DNA from: an uncultured Clostridiaceae bacterium
GTDB lineage: Bacteria > Bacillota > Clostridia > TANB77 > CAG-508
Direction of reading: 5' to 3'
Length of the DNA stretch: 62,180 nt
Assembly (NCBI GenBank): GCA_949902805.1
Contig: CATLDI010000002.1
Location: forward strand, 1-62,180
Within the stretch, counting starts at the first letter, position 1. Each line of letters opens with the position of its first letter. Of this stretch, positions 17,751-28,233 are shown piece by piece. A program made the translations under genes and the position numbers. The notes below the pieces were generated by a model that was not told the origin of the DNA, did no database searches, and saw nothing but the letters and a program-made list of their open reading frames with translations.

Positions 17751-20700
17751 TTAGTCATTTTCAACATATTCTAGTTCTATACTTGCATCTGCTGCAAATT
17801 TTGTTGTATCTAGATATTGTTTTCCATTTTTAGATATTATTTGTCCTTCAGCTATTTCAGTTTTTCTTCCATTTACTGTTAAAGTTATTGTTTTGTTCAT
17901 GTTGATATTAGTCAATTCTATTAAGCCATCAATTGAAGTTGTTACAACTGGTTCTCCTGCAAAATCATTTTTTATTTCTGTAAATATACTTGATAAATCT
18001 ATTGTACTACTTGTTGTATAATACTTATCAGTTGAAGATGCTACTGTATCTCTTAATACCTTTACATTTTGACCGAATCCAATTGCATACACAGTTGCTC
18101 CTGTATTTTTTAGTGCTTTTGCTGCTCCTGGGATATTATTTCCATCGTTTCTATCTCCATCTGGATCTCCGTCACCTATAAATATTACAATATTTTTATT
18201 ATTTGGATATAATTTCTTCATTTCATCTATTTGTGTTTTTGCTCTTGTTAATGCACCAGCTATTACTGTTCCATCTTTTGCTTTAACTCCATCAACTGCA
18301 TCTTTTAAGTTTTTTGCATCATTTGCTGTTGTTGCTATAGTCTTTCCGCCATTTATTTCTAATACATCTGTATATGTTGTTCCTACATTAGAAGTATAAT
18401 GATCTGGTCCGTTGAATGTAACTACTGATACTGCACATCCATTTCCATCTTCTGGTAAATTAATTGTATCAATAAAATCTTTTACAACTTTTTTTGCAAC
18501 ATTCATTCTTGTCATTTCTGTTCCTTTATATGTTGCATTTTTATCATCCATACTTTGTGATCTATCTAATACTATTACAACATTACTATTAGTTATTGTT
18601 GTTGTTTGTGTTTGCGCTTTAATGCTTACTGCTTTTTCAACTTTATGCCCCTCTTCTGGTACTTCTGTTCCATCTGGTAATTTTGCTATGTTTTTAACTT
18701 CTGTATTTGAATTTGCGTTTACTGTTACTTCAAAGTATATTGATTGTGTTGTTGGTGTATTTCCATTTGCTTTTTCAACAGTTAATGTTTTTGTTAGACC
18801 CTCTTTTGTAGTTAATGCTTTTAATTCATTAGCTGTTAAGTTTGTGCTTCCATTTTCTTTTAATGTTGTTCCTTCTGGTACCCAGTCTGTTACAGCTATA
18901 CTTCCTTTTGCATTTCCTTTATTTGTTGCTGTAATTGTATATCTTATAGTATCACCATACATTGCTGGTCCTTCAGTTACAACTTTTCCATTTCTGTATA
19001 GTGTGCTTGTTTTTGCAACTGTTATTTCTGGTTTTAAGTAAGTATTAGTTACTTTAAATCCATTTGCTACACTTCCTGCAATTGCTGTACTATATCCTTC
19101 TATTTGATCTTCAGTTATTGTATATCTTATTTCATTACCGTTTGCATTTTTTGGTAAATCTGTGAATTTTCCTGTCCATCCTTCAGTATCTGATAAAATT
19201 AATGTTTTACCAGTTGGTTTTCCATCTGCTAAAAGATTAATTGTTACTTCTTTTCTTGTATTTTCTTTATCATTTGACCATATTTTTGTAACTTCTATTT
19301 CACCATTACCATTTACTTTTGCTGGTGTATATGAGTTTGTTATTGTTATTACATCGTGTTCAATATCTTTTTCGTAACTTACTTTATAATCACCATTTGT
19401 TCCATCTGTTTCTATTATAGTATTTCTTTCTGATAATTCTTTAACTTCATATTTAATAATATGTCCATCTGTTAAATCATATTTATTTAATTTTGTATAC
19501 GTATATTGCCAAATGTCTGTATTATTTGTTGTTAATGTTACAATTTTTTCTTCTTGAGCCACATCATCTGCAAATAGTTGTATTTTTATACTATTTGGTC
19601 TATTTCCATCTTGGTTACTAGCATCTTCCCATTTTTTGCTTACTGTAATGCTAGTTTCTTCTTGAGCTATTGTATTTGTAAAGTTTCTTCCATTTTGAAC
19701 ACTTGTATATCCTTCTACTGTATCTTCTGATACTGTATATTCATATACATGACCATCTGTTAAGTCATATCTATCTAAGTTATCAAATGAATATGTTGTT
19801 GTTCCATTTGCTAATTCTTTACTGTCTACTTTTTCTCCATCTCTTAGTAAGTTTATTGTTATTGTTGGATGTGTTGTTCCTTCTGGTGCTATCCATGTTT
19901 TACTTCCGCTTACACTTACTGTTGAGTCTTGAGCTATTGTATTTGTAAAGTTTCTTCCGTTTTGAACACTTGTATATCCTTCTACTGCATCTTCTGATAC
20001 TGTGTATTCATATACGTGACCATCTGTTAAGTCATATCTATCTAAGTTATCAAATGAATATGTTGTTGTTCCATTTGCTAATTCTTTACTGTCTACTTTT
20101 TCTCCATCTCTTAGTAAGTTTATTGTTATTGTTGGATGTGTTGTTCCTTCTGGTGCTATCCATGTTTTTGTTCCACTTACACTTACTGTTGAGTCTTGAG
20201 CTATTGTATTTGTAAAGTTTCTTCCATTTTGAACACTTGTATATCCTTCTACTGTATCTTCTGATACTGTGTATTCATATACGTGACCATCTGTTAAGTC
20301 ATATTTATCTAAGTTATCAAATAAATATGTTGTTGTTCCATTTGTTAATTCTTTACTTTCTACTTTTTCTCCATCTCTTAGTAAGTTTATTGTTATTGTT
20401 GGATATGTTGTTCCTTCTGGTGCTATCCATGTTTTTGTTCCACTTACACTTACTGTTGAGTCTTGAGCTATTGTATTTGTAAAGTTTCTTCCATTTTGAA
20501 CACTTGTATATCCTTCTACTGCATCTTCTGATACTGTGTATTCATATACGTGACCATCTGTTAAGTCATATTTATCTAAGTTATCAAATGAATATGTTGT
20601 TGTTCCATTTGTTAATTCTTTACTTTCTACTTTTTCTCCATCTCTTAGTAAGTTTATTGTTATTGTTGGATGTGTTGTTCCTTCTGGTGCTATCCATGTT

Positions 20701-21836
20701 TTTGTTCCACTTACACTTACTGTTGAGTCTTGAGCTATTGTATTTGTAATTATTGTTCCTTCTATATTAGCTGTATAATTTTCTACTGTATCTTCTACTA
20801 CTGTATATTCAATTTCTTTATTTTCATCATCATATTTTGGTAATTCTTTTGATGTATATTTCCATTCGTTTTCTGCTGTTACTTTTATTGTGTCTACTAC
20901 TGTTTCACCATTTAATACTTTTACAGTGATACTTTCTGGTCTTGTATTTTCTTTATTATTATTGTCAATCCATCTTTTTTCACCACTTACTGTTATATAT
21001 GGATCTGATGGTATTTCTTCTTTTGGCTCTTCTTCTGTTTTTCCTGGTGCTGTTACTTTTGCTACGTTTACTATTGTATCATTTTCAGTCATATCTTCTT
21101 GTTTTACTGTATATGTTACTTTTAGTTCTTTGCTGTCTCCTATTGCTAAAACTGGTATTGTTTCTTTATAGTTAGCTAGTTCATCTTCTACTTCTATATT
21201 TTTAATTGTTACTTTTCCAGTATTTTTTACTGTTATAACATATGTAACTTCGTCTCCTGCTTTTACTCTTGCCCTAAATTCTCCGTTTTCATTTCTTATA
21301 GCTTCACCATTTACTAATGTTGCTACTTTTGATACTTCATATTTTTCTTCTTCATTTAATTCATCTAATTCAATATTTGTTGCTATTTCTGCTAAGCTTA
21401 CTGGATTCCAACTTACTTGGAAATTTTCAGCTGTTAATCTTTCTACTTCTTCTTGTCTTTCTGTTACATATTCTTGATTTGGTACATTTGTTGCTGTTGT
21501 TGATGTTGTTGTTCCTGCTGGTGTAGTTGTACCTGTTTGTGTGGTAGTTGCTCCTTGATTTGGTGTTGTTACACCTGGCCCTACTACTTGTTCTTCATTA
21601 TTTTCTGAACCTATATTTGGTTCTACAGTTGGTTCTTCTGGTGTATTTCCTTGTTCTGGAATTACTACTGGTGTTTCTGAACCTTCTACCATAGTGTTAC
21701 CTTCTGTGAAGGCTTTAGCTTCATCATTACCTTTTGTAAACATATAAATACCTGTTGCTGACAATGCTAATAATGCTATGATAATTGCTGTAATTATAAT
21801 AGTTTTTCTACTTTTATAATTAAGTCTTGATTTCAT
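17751..21836 (-). CDS. 1361-aa cell-surface adhesin: N-terminal membrane anchor, Thr/Pro-rich linker, DUF11-like and multiple CnaB-type repeats, C-terminal vWA domain
   Basis: N-terminal KTIIITAIIIALLALSATGIYMF. CnaB-like units (SGTKTWI..P..ITINLL.DG...YEYTVSED.V.GY). MIDAS motif VIVLDRSQSMD. No C-terminal LPXTG. Confidence 0.8.
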   Translation of the reverse strand: MKSRLNYKSRKTIIITAIIIALLALSATGIYMFTKGNDEAKAFTEGNTMVEGSETPVVIPEQGNTPEEPTVEPNIGSENNEEQVVGPGVTTPNQGATTTQTGTTTPAGTTTSTTATNVPNQEYVTERQEEVERLTAENFQVSWNPVSLAEIATNIELDELNEEEKYEVSKVATLVNGEAIRNENGEFRARVKAGDEVTYVITVKNTGKVTIKNIEVEDELANYKETIPVLAIGDSKELKVTYTVKQEDMTENDTIVNVAKVTAPGKTEEEPKEEIPSDPYITVSGEKRWIDNNNKENTRPESITVKVLNGETVVDTIKVTAENEWKYTSKELPKYDDENKEIEYTVVEDTVENYTANIEGTIITNTIAQDSTVSVSGTKTWIAPEGTTHPTITINLLRDGEKVESKELTNGTTTYSFDNLDKYDLTDGHVYEYTVSEDAVEGYTSVQNGRNFTNTIAQDSTVSVSGTKTWIAPEGTTYPTITINLLRDGEKVESKELTNGTTTYLFDNLDKYDLTDGHVYEYTVSEDTVEGYTSVQNGRNFTNTIAQDSTVSVSGTKTWIAPEGTTHPTITINLLRDGEKVDSKELANGTTTYSFDNLDRYDLTDGHVYEYTVSEDAVEGYTSVQNGRNFTNTIAQDSTVSVSGSKTWIAPEGTTHPTITINLLRDGEKVDSKELANGTTTYSFDNLDRYDLTDGHVYEYTVSEDTVEGYTSVQNGRNFTNTIAQEETSITVSKKWEDASNQDGNRPNSIKIQLFADDVAQEEKIVTLTTNNTDIWQYTYTKLNKYDLTDGHIIKYEVKELSERNTIIETDGTNGDYKVSYEKDIEHDVITITNSYTPAKVNGNGEIEVTKIWSNDKENTRKEVTINLLADGKPTGKTLILSDTEGWTGKFTDLPKNANGNEIRYTITEDQIEGYSTAIAGSVANGFKVTNTYLKPEITVAKTSTLYRNGKVVTEGPAMYGDTIRYTITATNKGNAKGSIAVTDWVPEGTTLKENGSTNLTANELKALTTKEGLTKTLTVEKANGNTPTTQSIYFEVTVNANSNTEVKNIAKLPDGTEVPEEGHKVEKAVSIKAQTQTTTITNSNVVIVLDRSQSMDDKNATYKGTEMTRMNVAKKVVKDFIDTINLPEDGNGCAVSVVTFNGPDHYTSNVGTTYTDVLEINGGKTIATTANDAKNLKDAVDGVKAKDGTVIAGALTRAKTQIDEMKKLYPNNKNIVIFIGDGDPDGDRNDGNNIPGAAKALKNTGATVYAIGFGQNVKVLRDTVASSTDKYYTTSSTIDLSSIFTEIKNDFAGEPVVTTSIDGLIELTNINMNKTITLTVNGRKTEIAEGQIISKNGKQYLDTTKFAADASIELEYVEND
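19663..20760. repeat. four near-identical 267-bp tandem repeats (89-aa CnaB units) inside the adhesin gene
   Basis: Period visible from antisense ORFs at 19703, 19970, 20237 and 20504, and from the recurring GAGCTATTGTATTTGTAAAGTTTCTTCC. Confidence 0.9.
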
Positions 21837-21860
21837 TTTTTTACCCCCATTTTTAATTTT

Positions 21861-22451
21861 TTATAAAACTTCTTTTGCTTTTGTTATAAGTCTGTTTTTA
21901 TGACCGTTTGTACATGTTATTAGTGTTATTTCCCTTGTGTTTGGTTCTACACTTTCTATGCATGTAACATCATCTGGATCAATTGTATATATTTTAAATA
22001 CTTCGTATTCGACTGTATTTAATTGTAAGTCTGTCATTTTTATTCTGTCACCTATTTCTAGGTACTTTGTTTTTCCAAACATTGTACCATTTTTATAGTT
22101 GTGTCCTGCCATTGTGTAATTGCCTATATCATTTATTTTTGTTCCCCAAAATTTTGTAATAGCTACTTTCATGGCTTCATCACTTGTTGTACTTACTATT
22201 GGATATTTGATATCTATTTTTGGAATTTCTATTATTCCTTCTACATCATATCCATCCACTTTTATAAGTTCTTGTTTATTTTCTTCATTTATTTCACTTG
22301 TATCTGTGTTTATATTTTCTATTTGTGCTACTACTGCTGATAGCTTATCTTCATTTTTTTCTCTTCTTATATATTCTGCCCCTATTATTACGCCAAATAT
22401 AATTGCTCCTATTATTAATAGAATTAAAATTATATTACAGATTTCTTTCAT
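21861..22451 (-). CDS. sortase (transpeptidase) with N-terminal membrane anchor
   Basis: MAGHNY (His), ITLITCTNG (TLxTC Cys) and a downstream NRL Arg. Confidence 0.85.
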   Translation of the reverse strand: MKEICNIILILLIIGAIIFGVIIGAEYIRREKNEDKLSAVVAQIENINTDTSEINEENKQELIKVDGYDVEGIIEIPKIDIKYPIVSTTSDEAMKVAITKFWGTKINDIGNYTMAGHNYKNGTMFGKTKYLEIGDRIKMTDLQLNTVEYEVFKIYTIDPDDVTCIESVEPNTREITLITCTNGHKNRLITKAKEVL

Positions 22452-23473
22452 TATTTATTTTCTTCCTTTTTATCTGCTTTTTTTCTTATTACTAATACTA
22501 TTATTATAGCTACTATAATTACTGCAAATATTATAATTATTGTTGTTAAACTATCAAATGTTACTGGTAGTTTTGATGTTTCTTTTATTGTAACTGTTTC
22601 TTTTTCATATAGTGGATTATATTTAGCTTCACAAGTCATAAATTGAGCATCTATTATACTTCCATCTTCATTTTTTATGAATACTATGTATTGTTGATTA
22701 TCATATTCTTTTTCATCTTCGGCTTTATCGAAGTTTGGTTGCATTATTTCCATATTTTCTACTGGTAACCATGAGTTATCTTTTGCTTCTGGTTGTAATG
22801 CTGTGTATAGTGTATAGAATTTGTTCATTAATTCTAATTTTTCCATAAAGCTTGGTTCTTTTTCTACTTTATTATTTGCTATAGCATTTATTTGTTTTGC
22901 AAGTTCCATTAATTCTTTATATTCATTTGTTCCTTCTTTTGGAAGAACTTGTATCATATATGAATATTTTGGTGAGCTTTCATCTGTAATAACTATTTTT
23001 CCTGTTGTTACTTCTGTTTTTACTCCATTTATTGTTTTAGTAGTTGTTTCTGTTTTTGTTGTGTCTACTTTTATTCTTTTTGTTATGCTTTCTACGTATT
23101 CTTTATCTAAAGATTTTTTTAAGTTTATAGTTTCTTTTGTCACTTTGTTAGTTTCTAAATCTTTTATATAGATATATGTATTTCCTTCTGCATTTACATT
23201 TTCTTTTGTTTCTTCATTAATATATGCTACATATCTATCTGATGAATTATCTTTGCGAACTGCAAAAGATTCTATATTGCTTAAGTCTCCTTCATTTTTT
23301 AATTCTGTTTTGCTAAACGCAAATGATACATTATTACTGATTATTGCATCACTGTAAATAATGTATTCCTCTCCTTGTTTTACTATTATTTCTGTAGCTG
23401 CATTTGCTATGCATGGTACTACTAGTAATAATAGAATGCTTAATATTAATATTTTTAAAGATGTTTTTTTCAT
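22451..23473 (-). CDS. secreted surface protein with LPxT-like C-terminal sorting signal
   Basis: Signal peptide MKKTSLKILILSILLLLVVPCIANA. C-terminus is KLPVTFDS + hydrophobic stretch + RKKADKK. Start set at the ATG at 23473 behind AGAGGGGG. The stop overlaps the sortase start. Confidence 0.6.
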   Translation of the reverse strand: MKKTSLKILILSILLLLVVPCIANAATEIIVKQGEEYIIYSDAIISNNVSFAFSKTELKNEGDLSNIESFAVRKDNSSDRYVAYINEETKENVNAEGNTYIYIKDLETNKVTKETINLKKSLDKEYVESITKRIKVDTTKTETTTKTINGVKTEVTTGKIVITDESSPKYSYMIQVLPKEGTNEYKELMELAKQINAIANNKVEKEPSFMEKLELMNKFYTLYTALQPEAKDNSWLPVENMEIMQPNFDKAEDEKEYDNQQYIVFIKNEDGSIIDAQFMTCEAKYNPLYEKETVTIKETSKLPVTFDSLTTIIIIFAVIIVAIIIVLVIRKKADKKEENK

Positions 23474-23894
23474 TTTTTCCCCCTCTTTCAATATTTCACT
23501 TCTTTTATTTTAACACTTTTTACCATATATGTAAATATTTTTACATAAATTTTCATAATTTTTTGCACTTTTCTTTTGAAAGTTGTCTCTCCGCGACATT
23601 TTTCGACAGATCGTCTCTTAAGTTTGCAACTTTTTATGTTTACTTTTTTTAGTGTATCTTATTCACATTTACTATATAATTTAATTATTTTATAATAAAA
23701 TAATTCCTATTATAATTATATTATTTTACGTTTTTCTATATGCTTATATTACTTTTATATTTTGATTATTGATATAAGAATGTATTAATGTCTATATTTT
23801 AGCTATAGTAGCATCAATCTACAATATGCAACTATAAAATAAAAAAACGCATTTTTATCTTAAATACGTCTTTTTATTTGTTTATTATTCACAA

Positions 23895-24143
23895 TTATAA
23901 TGTTATTTCTATATCTTGTAACCAGAAATCTTTAAATTTTTGCCATGTTATATCTTGATGCCAAAAATCGTGTACTTCGCCAAATACTTTTTGTTGATAT
24001 GGTGTTAATTCAACTTTTATTTCTTGGAATAAGAAGTTTTTAACTTTTGTCCATCCATTAACTTTTGTAGGTAGTATTTGTGATTTTCCAAGCTCTACTC
24101 CTCCATCCATTGGTTCTGCAGTATTTACTTTATATTCTTCCAT
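23895..24143 (-). CDS. small hypothetical protein (82 aa, Trp-rich)
   Basis: Strong AGGAGG SD upstream. No recognisable domain. Confidence 0.5.
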   Translation of the reverse strand: MEEYKVNTAEPMDGGVELGKSQILPTKVNGWTKVKNFLFQEIKVELTPYQQKVFGEVHDFWHQDITWQKFKDFWLQDIEITL

Positions 24144-24303
24144 TGTATTTCCTCCTTCGTTATCGCATTAATTATTAGTTTATTTATACTACAATTGTTG
24201 TTTGTTTTCAATAGTTTTTTCATTTTATAATGTAAATGTAATATTGTTGTAATATTTGTGTAATTTTCATTTTAATATATACCAATGTAGAAAGTGGACA
24301 GTT

Positions 24304-24855
24304 TTACACATCCATTTGTGCTCCTAAAAAGCTAGCTGCTGATTGAACTACTTTTTTCTCAACATCGCTCATTTTTGTTTTTTCATCTTTTGATAATAAT
24401 ATTACTGTTCCTATAGCGTCTCCATCTGATATTATTGGGTATACTACTTGTGAATTGTTTCTTTTTGCTTCAGTATTTTTTGTTATTGGAAGTGCTATGT
24501 TATTATTTTCTTTACTTTCATATACTTCTTTATAATCCATTATTTTTTCTATATCTTTACTTATACTTTGCTCTAAATATTCTTTTTTAGAACCTCCTGA
24601 AACTGCTATTACTGTATCTTTATCTGTTATGCATGCTATGTGACCTGTTGTTTTTGCAAGCGTATCTGCATATTCTGTTGCAAATTCTGATAACTCTCCT
24701 ATTGGTGAATATTTCTTTAATATTACTTGACCTTCTCTATCTGTAAATATTTCAAGTGGGTCTCCTTCTTTTATTCTTAAGGTTCTTCTTATTTCTTTTG
24801 GAATTACTATTCTTCCCAAATCATCTATTCTTCTTACAACACCTGTTGCTTTCAA
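24304..24855 (-). CDS. spoVT: stage V sporulation protein T (AbrB-type N-domain + GAF-like C-domain)
   Basis: MKATGVVRRIDDLGRIVIPKEIRRTLRIKEGDPLEIFTDREGQVILKKYSP is nearly identical in pattern to Bacillus SpoVT. TTG start at 24855 lies behind AAGGAGGG. Confidence 0.85.
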   Translation of the reverse strand: MKATGVVRRIDDLGRIVIPKEIRRTLRIKEGDPLEIFTDREGQVILKKYSPIGELSEFATEYADTLAKTTGHIACITDKDTVIAVSGGSKKEYLEQSISKDIEKIMDYKEVYESKENNNIALPITKNTEAKRNNSQVVYPIISDGDAIGTVILLSKDEKTKMSDVEKKVVQSAASFLGAQMDV

Positions 24856-24950
24856 AATTTTTCCCTCCTTTATCATAACTTTTAATCTTATTATGACAAA
24901 AGAGGGAAATTTTATGCATTATTTTCTTTTTTTATTAAATTTTGATATAG

Positions 24951-25050
24951 AACAATGGGACAGGGATGGAGTTTTTGTCCGTAGTATTTTTAGAGGATAA
25001 AAGGCTCAAAATGTAGGGACAAAAACTCCGTCCCATTGTCCTCATTTTCT
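24951..25050. repeat. family C inverted-repeat element, copy 2
   Basis: GAACAATGGGACAGGGATGGAGTTTTTGTCCGTAG ... TGTAGGGACAAAAACTCCGTCCCATTGTCCTC. Confidence 0.75.
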
Positions 25051-26079
25051 TATTGTATCATGGAAAAATAATATAGTGGCTCACCTATATATAAACTTTC
25101 TATATAAACATTTGGTGTTTGATGTCTAGTATATTGTCTAAACATTATTTCTACTTTATCACAGTTGAGACCTTCATTATAATTCATTTGTGCTAATAGT
25201 GTATTTCCAAAATAGAAATAAAGTTTATTTCCATCACTAACAACTCCATATCTTCCACTCCCATTTATTGTTCCATATTTGCACTATATATAGTTTTATT
25301 TCCTATATTAAGAGCACGAGTTATTGCATTTTCTCCTTCCCATGCATCATACAATATTATACTTATAATTGTATTATCTTCCTTATAGAAATTTATATGC
25401 ACTCCTCCCATATTCCTTGTTGTTTCATTATTAAAATATACTTGTGTAGATATTTCAAATTTTGAATTTAAATTAATATCTACATTTTTTTCAGTTTTCA
25501 TATTTAGCCATCCATCACTTGCTGTAGTTCCAAAACTTTCATATGATAATCCATATGATATACAGGTTGCTTTTCCTTCTGTATCTGTAAATCCATGGTT
25601 ATTATTTATAAACTTCATTTCTCCATTATCTACTATAATCTTTTTATTATCTACAGATGCTAATTGTAAGTTAGAATTTATTTCAAATTCGTATGGGTAT
25701 TCTTTTAATTTTGTATATATTGATGTTTTATCTCCTACTATTATTTTATTCAAACTAGCTAATTTGCTTTTGCTTTCTAGTTCTACATATTCTATTTCTT
25801 TATCTTTACACAAAGAATCTGCTAGTTCTTGCAATGTTGGCATTTCTTGTCTTTTGCCGTATGTTTCTATTTGTACACTTGTTATTTTTAAATTTATTTT
25901 TTCTGTTGCTGTTTGTTTATTTGTTTCTTCTTTTGCTTGTTTTGCTTTTGTATATATTCCATTATTTCCTAAACTTAAATATATTGCTACACTTGCCAAA
26001 ATAATTAATATTATTATCGTTATTATAAGTGCAATTAAGGTTATTCATTTATTATAAATGATATTTTTTCTCTTATCAT
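25049..26079 (-). pseudogene. pilin-like N-terminus + LamG/ConA-like domain protein, interrupted by at least two frameshifts
   Basis: MIREKISFIINE* is followed in the other frame by ITLIALIITIIILIILASVAIYLSLGNNGIYTKAKQAKEET. After ...SANMEQ* the domain continues in another frame (KYGTINGSGRYGVVSDGNKLYFYFGNT...IGEPLYYFSMIQ*). Both breaks sit at short homopolymers. Confidence 0.6.
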
Positions 26080-26237
26080 CATTTTTTACTATAAATTGCT
26101 TATACATTTTTTCCATTTGTTTCTCCATCTATTATATATTGTTTACAAAATTTCTAAATTCATAAAATATATTATAAAAATATACTAGCTAAAATCATTT
26201 TTTGTTTTAGCTAATATATTCTTTTATTATATAAATT

Positions 26238-28217
26238 TTAAATATTAGTTTCATCTTTTTTACTTAAAAAGTTTGTTTTATATATATCCAATATATTTTC
26301 TAATCCTTTTGAAAAGTCTTCTAGCATTACTATTTTTATTGTGCTTTCTTTTCCGTCTATATAGTCATCCATTACTTGTTTTAATTTTCTAATGTTTTTA
26401 ATTTCTGGTTCTATTTCTTTTGTATGTTTTTTTGCTCTTTCTTCTAGCATTTCTTTTATTGTTACTATGTCCTCATTACTTGCACATGATATTCTTTGGA
26501 ACATTTGGAATACATCATAATATTTGAAAATTGGCTCTGTCATACATTCTTTTGCAAATTTATCGTAGAATAATTCCATTTTCATTGGTATGTTCTTGAA
26601 TACTTCTTCTGCTTTTTCTCTATACATTTTGTCTTTTAATGTTTCATTTACATTGCCAAAATATTTTAGCATTTCTTCCATGTCTGTTCCTATATCTTGT
26701 ACAGATATTGACTCTAGCTCTTCTTGTACATTTGGACAATAGTCAGCATTTAATGATGATATATTTAAACCATTAATAAATACACTTTTTATTGTTTTGA
26801 TATCGTATGATATTAATTCTTTTTTTATGAAGTATGCAAAATATGCAAATATTTTTACTATTTCTATTGGTTTTATTCTTCCATTTTTCACATCATCTAA
26901 TACTTCTTCAATAATACTGTCGAATTGGTCATCTGAAATTTTCCAGTATTCTTCTGTAAGTAATCTTTTATATCCTGGAAGTTTGTCTGTGTCTACTGTG
27001 TTTATTATTACTTCCATGTTTTCTTTAAATACTTTCATATTAAATATACGTGTACGTACATACATTTCTATAAATTTGAAGAAACGATATTCTGCTTTAA
27101 AGTTGTAATAGTAGTTGTTATCAAATTCTTTTATATAGAATTGCCTATTATCCATAAATACCCTTGATGATACTAGTATTGCTTTATATTCTTCATTACT
27201 TCCTATGTTTACAAATTTATCTTTTGTTACTTTTCCTGCTTTTATTTCAAATGATATTGCTATTGTGAATATTAGCATTGTTTGCATTACTCTATGGTTT
27301 GTATTTGGGTATGATTTATTTACCATATCGAATATTTTTTTGAAGTCATTTAATGCGTGTTTTAGTATTCTTAGGTTTCTTGTTCCACTTTTGTTAAATG
27401 TTGATATTATAAGATTTGTATTTTCTCGCAAGAACCTTATTAAATCTGGATATTTTTCATAACGCATTAATATTCCATTTATAATGTAGTTAAATTCTGG
27501 TGCATATTCAAAGGTTTCACCTATTAGCTTTTCTTTTATTCTTTCATAGTCATTTGCTTTATCGAATACATATTCTATTGTATCTTGTATTCTTTCTACC
27601 ATTGGTTTATCTGTTTTCTTTATTAGGCTTCCTTCTTTATCTAAAAGATATGTTGCTATAAAGGTTTTCATTTCTAGGTTACTATTTTTTAGTTTTGTTG
27701 ATAATTCTTTTTCATTACATATTATTATTGTTTTTATATGGTCATGTTCTACGAAGTTATTTATATATCCTAGTATGTCTATTACATCTACATTTGCTCT
27801 TTCTAGGTCATCAAAACATAGTACTTTGTCGTCTGTTGAGAAAAATTCTTTGTAATCTATTTTATCTCCATTTTGTGTAACTCCAAAGAAGTTTGCCATA
27901 TCTAATCCTGTTTTTGCATATTCTGGTATTGTAATTTGACCATTATTGCCCATATATTTTTTTAAGTTTTTGTCCATTAATTGAGTAGTTTCTATAAATA
28001 TTTTTTTACTTATTTCTTCTAAGTTAGAAATACCATATAATGACATGTATATTGTTTTATATCTTTTTCCATTTAGTTCCATGGTTTCTATTTTATTACG
28101 TATTTTATGATTCCAAAAATACGTTTTTCCGCTTCCCCATTCACCATTTATCATAACGGCATAGTCTGTATAGTCTGCCCTAATATAATCTAATATGCTT
28201 TCTACTAAATCTTCCAT
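26238..28217 (-). CDS. KAP-family P-loop NTPase
   Basis: INGEWGSGKTYFW Walker A, VLCFDDLER Walker B, 659 aa, long helical C-terminal region. Confidence 0.75.
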   Translation of the reverse strand: MEDLVESILDYIRADYTDYAVMINGEWGSGKTYFWNHKIRNKIETMELNGKRYKTIYMSLYGISNLEEISKKIFIETTQLMDKNLKKYMGNNGQITIPEYAKTGLDMANFFGVTQNGDKIDYKEFFSTDDKVLCFDDLERANVDVIDILGYINNFVEHDHIKTIIICNEKELSTKLKNSNLEMKTFIATYLLDKEGSLIKKTDKPMVERIQDTIEYVFDKANDYERIKEKLIGETFEYAPEFNYIINGILMRYEKYPDLIRFLRENTNLIISTFNKSGTRNLRILKHALNDFKKIFDMVNKSYPNTNHRVMQTMLIFTIAISFEIKAGKVTKDKFVNIGSNEEYKAILVSSRVFMDNRQFYIKEFDNNYYYNFKAEYRFFKFIEMYVRTRIFNMKVFKENMEVIINTVDTDKLPGYKRLLTEEYWKISDDQFDSIIEEVLDDVKNGRIKPIEIVKIFAYFAYFIKKELISYDIKTIKSVFINGLNISSLNADYCPNVQEELESISVQDIGTDMEEMLKYFGNVNETLKDKMYREKAEEVFKNIPMKMELFYDKFAKECMTEPIFKYYDVFQMFQRISCASNEDIVTIKEMLEERAKKHTKEIEPEIKNIRKLKQVMDDYIDGKESTIKIVMLEDFSKGLENILDIYKTNFLSKKDETNI

Positions 28218-28233
28218 TGTATTCCTCCAACTC

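Noticed and set aside
19703-20749. Four nearly identical 81-aa plus-strand ORFs (MYILLLYLLIL...).
   Set aside because: They are the antisense image of the 267-bp CnaB repeats of the adhesin gene, not a gene family.
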